DNA of 32,000 nucleotides, from the NCBI GenBank assembly GCA_050304695.1, contig JBNLEB010000021.1, positions 72,312-104,311 on the forward strand. Direction: 5' to 3'. The stretch's first letter is position 1; the number at the start of each line of letters is the position of its first letter. This document shows, one piece after another, positions 19,712 through 26,974 of the stretch. The notes under the pieces are model-generated. The model did not search any database and had not been told where the DNA came from. It was given only the letters and a program-made list of their open reading frames with translations. The DNA comes from Mariprofundaceae bacterium. Lineage in GTDB: Bacteria; Pseudomonadota; Zetaproteobacteria; Mariprofundales; Mariprofundaceae. Both the position numbers and the translations under genes were made by a program.

Positions 19712-21313
19712 TCAACGACGCCACAGTAACAACAGGCCACCGACCAGTGCAATTGCGGCTCCGGCCCAGATCACATCGGCACTCATGTTACCCCATCCCA
19801 CTCCCGCAAGCACACCCGATCCGACAAACAGGGAAATCGCGGCAAGCTGTAACACGCCCGACTGTTCAGACTCCTCAGCGGCACGCTGAACATGTTGTTG
19901 TGCCACGATCTTCTTAATCTCCTGAGGCAGTTGAATCCAGTGATCGACACCTGCCTTCAACTCTTTCGCCGCCTGCTCAATACGCGCCCTGGGCCCCAGA
20001 TGCTCGGCCACCCACTTGCCGACCAGTGGCTTGGCCAGTGCCCAGACGTTGACCTCCGGCTCAAGCTCGCGTGCCACCCCTTCGATCACCACCATCGTCT
20101 TCTGCAGTAACAACAACTGTGGCTGCGTCTCCATCTGGAATCGTTCGGTTACCGAGAAGAGGTAGAAGAGAAGCTCAGCCAGTGAGATATCCTTAAGTGG
20201 CCGGTTGAAGATCGGCTCGGCAATCTCGCGCATCGCATCCTCGAATGCCGAGACATCGGTATCGACCGGCACATAGCCCGCCTCCAGATGTACCTCGGCT
20301 GCACGCCGGTAATCCTGTTTCAGGAAGGCAAGCAGCATATCGGCGATATAGCAGCGCGAACGCATGTTAAGCCGACCGACAATACCGAAATCGACCAGCA
20401 GAATCTCGCCCTTGTCGGAGACGAAGATATTGCCCGGGTGCAGGTCGGCATGGAAATAGCCGTCGACAAAGACCATATGGAAAAAGAGCGCCGCCGTCCT
20501 TTCGCACAACTGCATCAGGTCGTGTCCGGCAGCCTCCAGCTTCTCACGCTCATCGATCTCGATACCGTAGACCCGTTCTGTCACCAGCACCTCGGTAGAG
20601 GTGTAGTCCCAAAGCACCTTCGGCACCGAGACTCCCTCCACCTCTTCCAGGTTCCCGGCAAAACGGCTGGCATGGGCCGCCTCGGATCGCAGGTTGAGCT
20701 CGCCCATGATGGTGGCTGCGAACTCATCGACTACACGCGGCGCCTTCAGCCTCCCATACTCGGGAAAGTATCGATCGAACAGCTCGGCCAACAGCCTTAA
20801 GATATCGAGATCGGCCTCGATCGTCTTCTGAATGCTTGGGCGACGTACCTTGACCGCTACATGGGTGCCGTCGTGGAGTCTGGCGAAGTGAACCTGCGCA
20901 ATCGAGGCGGCAGCGACAGGCTCACGGTCGAGCTCAGCAAAGACACCATCCTCACCGGTCAGCGGCCTCTTGTAGGCGCGACTCAATACGGATTCGATGA
21001 TTTCAATCTTCTCCGGCGGCACATCGTCCTGCAATCTTTTGAGCTCCAGTGCCACATCCATCGGCAGCAGGTCGACACGGGTAGAGAGCATCTGACCGAA
21101 CTTGATAAAGGTGGGGCCCAGTTGCTCCAGCACCTGCCGGAACTGAATGCCGACATCTTTGGGAAGCTCATCTCCGGTGAAGAGGCGCACCATCCAGGCG
21201 TAGGGGCGGAAGAGACGCATACGCACCGCCAGTGCAGCCATGCCGTGCGATGCCAGAATATAACCGATGCTCAACAGTCTCAGGTTGCGCTTGAACCGGG
21301 AGGAGAGGATCAC
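19712..21313 (-). CDS. ubiB: Ubiquinone biosynthesis regulatory protein kinase UbiB (ABC1/ADCK family)
   Basis: 533 codons, GTG start overlapping the ubiJ stop (GTGA). FIKFGQMLSTRVDLLP, AAASIAQVH, HADLHPGNIF, and C-terminal TM helices. Confidence 0.92.
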   Translation of the reverse strand: MILSSRFKRNLRLLSIGYILASHGMAALAVRMRLFRPYAWMVRLFTGDELPKDVGIQFRQVLEQLGPTFIKFGQMLSTRVDLLPMDVALELKRLQDDVPPEKIEIIESVLSRAYKRPLTGEDGVFAELDREPVAAASIAQVHFARLHDGTHVAVKVRRPSIQKTIEADLDILRLLAELFDRYFPEYGRLKAPRVVDEFAATIMGELNLRSEAAHASRFAGNLEEVEGVSVPKVLWDYTSTEVLVTERVYGIEIDEREKLEAAGHDLMQLCERTAALFFHMVFVDGYFHADLHPGNIFVSDKGEILLVDFGIVGRLNMRSRCYIADMLLAFLKQDYRRAAEVHLEAGYVPVDTDVSAFEDAMREIAEPIFNRPLKDISLAELLFYLFSVTERFQMETQPQLLLLQKTMVVIEGVARELEPEVNVWALAKPLVGKWVAEHLGPRARIEQAAKELKAGVDHWIQLPQEIKKIVAQQHVQRAAEESEQSGVLQLAAISLFVGSGVLAGVGWGNMSADVIWAGAAIALVGGLLLLWRR

Positions 21314-22017
21314 CGGGCTCCACCCTTGCCAGACTCCTGGCCGGATCCCTTATCAGGTTCCCCGGTCGAATCATCCAGCCGATGTTCAACCCGCGTCACA
21401 CGCCCCTTCACCCGGCTGATTTTGCGATGCAGATCCTCCACACCGGCCTGCCATGCCTGGGCACGTTCACCGCCCGGAACCTCCATCCCGGCCAGTTTTT
21501 CATCCAGCAGCTTCCGGGTCGTTGCCGCCACCTTCCGCTCGGCCCTGACCAGCGCATGGGCCGCTGCTGCAACACGACTGCCAAAATAGTCGCCGAAGGC
21601 GTCTCTCAGTTCGCGCTCCCAATCGAGGTCGGCCTCGGCCAGCAGTTTTTTGAAACGCAACATCGCCTCCGAATCTCCCGAAAGCTTCAACACCTGTTCG
21701 AAGACCAGCTCATCGGGATCTTCATGGGCAAAACAGAGACGGGCGAAGGCGGCCGTGGTCGCATCGATCTCAACAGAAACGTCGTCCCCACCATTATCAC
21801 CGTGCTTCGGATGCACCCAGACCTGACCACGCTTGAAACCCATAAAGAAAACAGCGCCGGTATCGCGCACATGAATACGGAAAACGCGGCCGTTCAACCC
21901 TTCCAGCGCCGGTGCCAGCGACTTGTCGCGTGCAAAGAAGAGCCCCAGCACGGTGGAGAGCACCACACATTGAACGGGAACAGGGATTAACCTGAGCGGC
22001 AAAAACATCACACTCAT
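21310..22017 (-). CDS. ubiJ: Ubiquinone biosynthesis accessory factor UbiJ (SCP2-domain protein)
   Basis: 235 aa located between ubiE and ubiB. The pattern GRVFRIHVRD...LKLSGDSEAMLRFKKLL..ADLDWE parallels E. coli UbiJ (GKVLRVEVKG...LEVQGDIQVVQNF..LA..FD.AE). Confidence 0.7.
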   Translation of the reverse strand: MSVMFLPLRLIPVPVQCVVLSTVLGLFFARDKSLAPALEGLNGRVFRIHVRDTGAVFFMGFKRGQVWVHPKHGDNGGDDVSVEIDATTAAFARLCFAHEDPDELVFEQVLKLSGDSEAMLRFKKLLAEADLDWERELRDAFGDYFGSRVAAAAHALVRAERKVAATTRKLLDEKLAGMEVPGGERAQAWQAGVEDLHRKISRVKGRVTRVEHRLDDSTGEPDKGSGQESGKGGAR

Positions 22018-22082
22018 CGGGCTACGCCCTTATTGATTGATCCGCAAAATGCAGGACAGCATTTTGCTCGTAACGATTCCCG

Positions 22083-22321
22083 AAGAGCGCGGTCTTTGGG
22101 AACCTCACGAAACTGCGTTTCGCCCGCCATCCCTGGCGGGAACATGGAGACACTTACGGCGCGCTGCGCCGCCACCCTTCCATGGGTGGAATTTAGATCG
22201 TGCACAGATGACGGAACGGCACCGCCCACCCGCACATGGACGTGCGGCTTTAGTAAGCCAGCGTAAAACCGCGCTTTTGCGCTGGCGTCCGAAGGGTGAG
22301 GACACGACTGCATGGATGCGG
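22083..22321 (+). repeat. Cluster of at least five stem-loops (repeat copy B plus related hairpins) filling the ubiE-ubiJ spacer
   Basis: aaga-gcgcgg-tctt (22083-22096) and CTCACGAA. cccgcc-ATCCCT-ggcggg (22123-22140). ccaccc-TTCCAT-gggtgg (22172-22189). ccgcac-ATGGAC-gtgcgg (22230-22247). gccagcgtaaaa-ccgcgc-ttttgcgctggc (22257-22286, 12-bp stem with one T.G pair). A weak ctgc-ATGGAT-gcgg (22308-22321). Confidence 0.55.
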
Positions 22322-22381
22322 GAGGTAGAGCATCGCATGGAGCAGATGCCGAGGACGTTCCGAACCCGTATCTCACAACCT

Positions 22382-23140
22382 TCAAACCTTATACCCGCGG
22401 TGAAGGGCGACGATACCACCGGTCATGTTTTCATATTTCACCAGCTCGAATCCGGCCCAGTCGATCAATTTGGCGAAACGTTTCTGATCGGGAAAACGGC
22501 GGATCGACTCGACCAGGTATTGATAGGAGTCGCGATCGCCGGTCACGAACTCGCCCATCGCCGGAATCACATTAAAGGAGTAAGCATCGTAAACGACATC
22601 GAGCAGTGGTACTACAGGGCGGGTAAACTCAAGGCAGATAAACTGGCCGCCCGGCTTGAGCACACGATGGAATTCGGCAAGCCCCGCCTCGATATCGACA
22701 AAGTTACGAATACCGAAAGCGATCGATACCACATCGAAAGAGTTGTCGGCAAAAGCGAGTTTCGTGCCATCGGACTGAATGCAGTCGGCCCTGCCGGGGA
22801 GCAGCCCCGCATCGAGTACCCGGCGTGCTCCCTCAGCCAGCATCGGGCCGTTGAGATCGGTCAGCACGACACGGCCGGCAGAATCCCCGGCACGTCCCAT
22901 CTTCTTCATCAGGCCGATGGAGATATCGCCCGAACCTGCCGCCACATCGAGCACGGCCGAATCCGGTTTTACGGCAGCTACCTGGATCATGCGCCGCTTC
23001 CACAAACGGTGCAGCCCGGCACTCATCAGATCGTTCATAATGTCGTATTTGTTGGCAACGGATGAGAAGACACCCATCACCTTGCCGGCCTTCTCGCTGA
23101 CATCGACCGTCTCATATCCGAAATGCGTCTGGGTACTCAT
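22382..23140 (-). CDS. ubiE: Demethylmenaquinone / ubiquinone C-methyltransferase UbiE
   Basis: I chose the ATG at 23140 (MSTQTHFGYETVDVSEKAGKVMGVFSSVANKYDIMNDLMS), which matches the UbiE N-terminus (THFGFQTV...VF.SVA.KYDVMNDLMS). SAM motif VLDVAAGSGD. The longer track ORF (to 23404) runs through the NrdR boxes and repeats. Confidence 0.93.
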   Translation of the reverse strand: MSTQTHFGYETVDVSEKAGKVMGVFSSVANKYDIMNDLMSAGLHRLWKRRMIQVAAVKPDSAVLDVAAGSGDISIGLMKKMGRAGDSAGRVVLTDLNGPMLAEGARRVLDAGLLPGRADCIQSDGTKLAFADNSFDVVSIAFGIRNFVDIEAGLAEFHRVLKPGGQFICLEFTRPVVPLLDVVYDAYSFNVIPAMGEFVTGDRDSYQYLVESIRRFPDQKRFAKLIDWAGFELVKYENMTGGIVALHRGYKV

Positions 23141-23214
23141 AGGCGCGCAAGCGTAACAGAGGAAGATAGGAGGGGTAAGCATCAATGATCGCAGAACCGT
23201 TAACCGCCCATGGA

Positions 23215-23250
23215 TGGGCGACGACTGAGTGAAACGAAGTCGTGAGCGAA
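23215..23250 (-). repeat. Intergenic stem-loop repeat unit, copy C (inverted orientation)
   Basis: cgccc-ATGGAT-gggcg (23215-23230) followed by GTGAG (23242-23246). The reverse complement reads CTCACgacttcgtttcactcagtcgtcgcccATCCATgggcg, which aligns with copy A. Confidence 0.5.
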
Positions 23251-23259
23251 GCAAGATCG

Positions 23260-23298
23260 ACACAATATATAGTAACACCCCACCACTATATATAGTTA
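23260..23298. promoter_or_regulatory. Distal pair of NrdR boxes
   Basis: acaCaAtATaTaGtaa (23260-23275) and ccaCtAtATaTaGtta (23283-23298), compared with the remembered NrdR consensus acaCwAtATaTwGtgt. About 13-14 of 16 positions match in each box. Confidence 0.6.
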
Positions 23299-23395
23299 CA
23301 TCTTTTTCCCACCCAGAGACAGAAACAGCTTTAACCGGCACAGCTAACCTGTGAAAAGACTGTGGAAAACCGGTGCATAGACATTGAATGGTCAA

Positions 23396-23443
23396 ATACC
23401 ACACATAGTGCGCTCATGTTGCTTGACACCCAAGATATAGTGC
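23396..23443. promoter_or_regulatory. Proximal pair of NrdR boxes overlapping the nrdJ promoter
   Basis: ataCcAcAcaTaGtgc (23396-23411, about 11/16) and accCaAgATaTaGtgc (23428-23443, about 13/16). The starts are 32 bp apart, which is three helical turns and the classical NrdR spacing. Confidence 0.55.
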
Positions 23444-23451
23444 TTCATATT
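23423..23451 (+). promoter_or_regulatory. Candidate sigma70 promoter of nrdJa (TTGACA-N17-CATATT)
   Basis: TTGACA at 23423-23428, a 17-nt spacer, and CATATT at 23446-23451. The second proximal NrdR box lies in the spacer. SD GGAGGGAG precedes the ATG at 23508. Confidence 0.35.
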
Positions 23452-23507
23452 CCCGCCACCAAACATACTAAAACACGATTTCGCACACGTCTGGAGGGAG
23501 AAACAGT

Positions 23508-26500
23508 ATGAGCGCAGCCACCACCAACACGGCAGTCAAGGCCAAGGCAGAGGAAACCGCGGAAGCAACCGGCGAATACAAGCTGGCTTCCGAGGTCACG
23601 CTGCAGCCTGCATCCGAAGATATCTGGGATAAGAAGTACCGCCTGAAGGATAAAAACGGTAACGCTGTCGATGTCGATATCGAGGCGACCTACGAGCGTG
23701 TTGCCAAGGCGCTGGCTGCTGTCGAGGAGAAGGATAGGCAGGAGTTCTGGTTCAACCGTTTCACCTGGGCGCTGCAGCAGGGTGCCATCCCGGCCGGTCG
23801 CATCATGTCCAACGCCGGTGCCGAAGCGCATAAGCCCGCCACCTCCACCATCAACTGCACCGTATCCGGCTCGGTTCCCGACTCGATGGACGGCATCCTC
23901 TCCATGGTGCGCGAAGCCGGCCTGACGCTGAAAGCAGGCTGCGGTATCGGTTATGAGTTCTCCACCCTGCGTCCGAAGGGCGCTTATGTCTCCGGTGCCG
24001 GTGCCTACACCTCGGGCCCGCTCTCCTTCATGGATATCTTCGACAAGATGTGCTTCACCGTATCTTCGGCAGGCGGTCGTCGCGGCGCACAGATGGGCAC
24101 CTTCGACATCCACCACCCCGACGTCATGGATTTCATCCGCGCCAAGCGTGAGGACGGTCGCCTGCGCCCGTTCAACCTCTCCTGCCTGATCACCAAGGAC
24201 TTCATGGAAGCGGTGAAGGCCGATGCCGACTGGGATCTGATCTTCCCGGCTACCGAGCAGGAGGCCGGGAACAAGGAGGAGCGTATCGTCTGGAAACAGA
24301 TGCCGCACTTTGCAGGTTCGGCCATTCGCAACGACAAAGGTGAGGTCGCCTGCAAGGTCTACAAGACGATCAAGGCTCAACGTTTGTGGGATGTGATCAT
24401 GTCCTCCACCTACGACTACGCCGAGCCGGGCTTCATCCTCATCGATGAGGTCAACGAGAAGAACAACAACTGGTTCTGCGAAGATGTGCGCGCCACCAAC
24501 CCGTGCGTTACTGCCGACACCTGGGTACAGACGTCAAACGGTCCGCGTCAGGTGAGCCATCTGACCGGCACAGGCTTCCGGGCAGTTGTTGACGGCAAGG
24601 CGCATGCCACAGGCGAAGAGGGATTCTTCAAAACAGCACATAAGGATGTGGTTCGCCTGCAAACTCGCGAAGGCCATGCACTTCGCCTGACCGGCGACCA
24701 CCGCGTGCGCAAGGTGACCCGTCTGACACGCTGGTCATGCGACACCGAATGGACAGAGGCGGCAGATCTGAAAGCGGGCGACCGGGTGCTGCTTAATGAC
24801 CACGGAAGCCTTGCATGGGAGGGAGCCCTCAACAGAGATCAGGGCTACCTGCTCGGCCTGCTGGTTGGCGATGGAACGCTGAAAACGGACAAAGCCGTGG
24901 TCTCCGTCTGGGCGAACCGTCTGGTTGCCAATGCGTCCACGGGACAGGGTGGCGACTCCGCATATGCACTCATGCACGAAGCAGAGCAGGCCGCCCGCAC
25001 GCTCCCCCACCGCGCCGACTTTTCGGGTTTCCATGAAGTAGACGGGCGCGGGGAGTGGCGCATGTCGCTTTCGTCACTGCGCGACCTGGCCTTTGAGTTG
25101 GGTATGACACCCGGCAACAAATCCATCACCCCAGCCATGGAGCAGGAGTCGTCCGGATTTTATGAAGGTTTCCTGCGCGGCTTTTACGATGCCGACGGAT
25201 CGGTTCAGGGCACTCAAGCCAAAGGCGTATCGGTACGCCTGGCACAGAGCGACCTCTCCCGCCTGGAGGCGGTACAACGCATGCTGCTTCGTCTGGGCAT
25301 CGCATCCACCCTCTACCGGAATCGTCGCAGCGAGGGCGAATCGCTTCTGCCGGATGGCAAAGGCGGAACGAAGCATTACGCAACAAAGGCTCAACATGAA
25401 CTGGTCATCTCAGGCTCGAACCTGCATCTCTTCAACGAACGGATTGGTTTTGCCGACACGGAGAAGCAGGCGCGGCTGGATCAGCTGCTGGCCGGCTACA
25501 AGCGTCGGCTCAACCGCGAACGGTTTGTCGCCGAGGTCGAATCGATCACAGCTGACGGTCGCGAAGATGTCTTCGATGTACAGGTACCGGGCATCAACAC
25601 CTTCGACGGCAACGGCCTGCATGCCCATAACTGCGGAGAACAGCCGCTGCCGCCATACGGCGCCTGCCTGCTCGGATCGGTTAACCTGACCAAGTTCGTC
25701 CGCGATCCGTTCACCGACAAGGCCCGCTTCGACTGGGATGCCTACCGCGAAGTGGTCTCCATCTTCACCCGCATGCTCGACAATGTAGTCGAGATCAACG
25801 GCCTGCCGCTGGAGAAACAGCGTGATGAGATCATGGGCAAACGTCGCCACGGCATGGGATTCCTGGGCTTAGGCTCAGCCCTGACCATGCTGAGGACTCC
25901 ATACGGTTCACCCGAGTCGCTGGAGTTCACCGATAAGATCGCTTACGAGATGGCACGCACCGGCTTTAAGGCCGGCATCGAACTGGCCGAAGAGAAGGGC
26001 CCTGCACCGATCATGGATCAGGAGTTCGAGATCACCCCTGAACTGATGGCCAAACAGCCGAAGATGGCCGAAGACGGCATCAAGATCGGCGACAGACTGA
26101 AAGGCAAAATCCTCTGGGCCAGGTATTCGAAATACATGCGCCAGTTCGCCACCAGCGGCAACATCGAAGATGCCAAGATGCTCAAGGAGCTGGAGGAGAA
26201 GGGTTGCCGATTCACCCACCACTCGTCCATCGCACCGACCGGCACCATCTCGCTCTCCCTGGCCAACAACGCCTCCAACGGCATCGAGCCGAGCTTTGCG
26301 CATCACTACTCACGCAACGTCATCCGCGAGGGCAAGAAGAGTAAAGAGAAGGTGGATGTATTCTCCTACGAGCTGCTCTCCTACCGTGAAGAGATCAATC
26401 CGGATGCGATGCCGTTCTCGACCGATGAAGCGACCAAACTGCCGAGCTACTTCATCTCTGCCGATGAGGTGACGCCGAAACAGCATGTCGATATTCAGGC

Positions 26501-26825
26501 TGCGGCACAGAAGTGGGTGGACTCATCGATCTCCAAGACCGCCAACGTCCCGACCGACTTCCCGTATGAGGATTTCAAGGACATCTACATGTATGCCTAC
26601 GACAAGGGACTGAAAGGATGCACCACCTTCCGTTTCAACCCCGAAGCGTTCCAGGGCGTACTGGTCAAGGAAGAGGATCTGGCCAACACCACCTACAAGT
26701 TCACCCTGGACGACGGCACGGTGGTTGAGGCCAAGGGCAATGAAGAGATCGAGTACGACGGTGAAATGCATACCGCCGCCAACCTCTTCGATGCACTGAA
26801 AGAGGGTTACTACGGTAAGTTCTGA
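23508..26825 (+). CDS. nrdJa: Class II (adenosylcobalamin-dependent) ribonucleotide reductase, large fragment NrdJa, containing an intein (extein 729 aa)
   Basis: Typical RNR core: SNAGA, CGIGYEFSTLRP, GGRRGAQMG. The active-site TNP-CGEQPLPPYGACLLGSVNL is split by the intein. The C-terminus is ...ANLFDALKEGYYGKF. Confidence 0.93.
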   Translation: MSAATTNTAVKAKAEETAEATGEYKLASEVTLQPASEDIWDKKYRLKDKNGNAVDVDIEATYERVAKALAAVEEKDRQEFWFNRFTWALQQGAIPAGRIMSNAGAEAHKPATSTINCTVSGSVPDSMDGILSMVREAGLTLKAGCGIGYEFSTLRPKGAYVSGAGAYTSGPLSFMDIFDKMCFTVSSAGGRRGAQMGTFDIHHPDVMDFIRAKREDGRLRPFNLSCLITKDFMEAVKADADWDLIFPATEQEAGNKEERIVWKQMPHFAGSAIRNDKGEVACKVYKTIKAQRLWDVIMSSTYDYAEPGFILIDEVNEKNNNWFCEDVRATNPCVTADTWVQTSNGPRQVSHLTGTGFRAVVDGKAHATGEEGFFKTAHKDVVRLQTREGHALRLTGDHRVRKVTRLTRWSCDTEWTEAADLKAGDRVLLNDHGSLAWEGALNRDQGYLLGLLVGDGTLKTDKAVVSVWANRLVANASTGQGGDSAYALMHEAEQAARTLPHRADFSGFHEVDGRGEWRMSLSSLRDLAFELGMTPGNKSITPAMEQESSGFYEGFLRGFYDADGSVQGTQAKGVSVRLAQSDLSRLEAVQRMLLRLGIASTLYRNRRSEGESLLPDGKGGTKHYATKAQHELVISGSNLHLFNERIGFADTEKQARLDQLLAGYKRRLNRERFVAEVESITADGREDVFDVQVPGINTFDGNGLHAHNCGEQPLPPYGACLLGSVNLTKFVRDPFTDKARFDWDAYREVVSIFTRMLDNVVEINGLPLEKQRDEIMGKRRHGMGFLGLGSALTMLRTPYGSPESLEFTDKIAYEMARTGFKAGIELAEEKGPAPIMDQEFEITPELMAKQPKMAEDGIKIGDRLKGKILWARYSKYMRQFATSGNIEDAKMLKELEEKGCRFTHHSSIAPTGTISLSLANNASNGIEPSFAHHYSRNVIREGKKSKEKVDVFSYELLSYREEINPDAMPFSTDEATKLPSYFISADEVTPKQHVDIQAAAQKWVDSSISKTANVPTDFPYEDFKDIYMYAYDKGLKGCTTFRFNPEAFQGVLVKEEDLANTTYKFTLDDGTVVEAKGNEEIEYDGEMHTAANLFDALKEGYYGKF
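24504..25631 (+). mobile_element. Intein (376 aa) with LAGLIDADG homing-endonuclease domain, inserted in nrdJa before the catalytic Cys
   Basis: The sequence reads ...RATNP|CVTADTWVQT...DGNGLHAHN|CGEQPL, and it is in frame (24504 is codon 333). Block A has Cys1; block B is LRLTGDHRV; the LAGLIDADG motifs are GYLLGLLVGDGTL and FLRGFYDADGSV; the C-terminus is VFDVQVPGINTF...HAHN with a +1 Cys. Confidence 0.9.
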
Positions 26826-26834
26826 GTGAATACG

Positions 26835-26950
26835 GGATAGGAGTATGGATACCCCTATCCTTTGACGGAACAACAAAAACATCGTTTTGCTGTTCCTCAC
26901 AAAGCCGGCGGCAGGATGCCGCCGGTTTTGGCGACACATCCCTGTGTCGC
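26835..26950 (+). repeat. Three hairpins, including repeat copy D, in the nrdJa-nrdJb spacer
   Basis: ggatagg-agtATGGATacc-cctatcc (26835-26860). caaaa-acatcg-ttttg (26874-26889) and CTCACAAA. ccggcgg-CAGGATG-ccgccgg (26905-26925). gcgacac-ATCCCT-gtgtcgc (26931-26950). Confidence 0.6.
26905..26929 (+). terminator. Possible intrinsic terminator or attenuator after nrdJa
   Basis: A GC-rich 7-bp stem (ccggcgg/ccgccgg) with a 7-nt loop, followed by only TTTT. An alternative reading is a GGA-loop protein-binding hairpin. Confidence 0.35.
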
Positions 26951-26974
26951 GTAACTGAAGCCGAGGAGGTTCAT

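Noticed and set aside
22014-22385. 123-codon minus-strand ORF exactly bridging ubiE and ubiJ (TTGA and ATGA overlaps)
   Set aside because: The sequence is made of the same hairpin repeats found in clearly non-coding places (copies A, C and D). It has a TTG start, no SD, and an Ala/Arg/Pro/Ser-rich composition. The neat overlaps are expected from how ORFs are delimited. It is kept as a caveat in the ubiE-ubiJ finding.
22037-23065. 342-aa plus-strand ORF
   Set aside because: It is antisense to ubiE and extends into the repeat-filled ubiE-ubiJ spacer, with no motif. It is a shadow ORF.
23141-23507. Cobalamin riboswitch upstream of the B12-dependent nrdJa
   Set aside because: I looked for a B12-box-like element and the characteristic multi-stem leader. 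Only about 55 nt lie between the candidate promoter and the ATG, and no such motif is seen. Regulation appears to be through NrdR boxes.
23445-24380. 311-aa minus-strand ORF
   Set aside because: It lies entirely antisense to the well-supported nrdJa coding region. It has low-complexity Gly/Arg/Leu-rich composition typical of shadow ORFs in GC-rich DNA, and no recognisable motif.
18244-26950. CRISPR array interpretation of the repeated hairpins
   Set aside because: The copies are dispersed over 8 kb in different intergenic regions and orientations. They have no regular repeat-spacer periodicity and are not identical.
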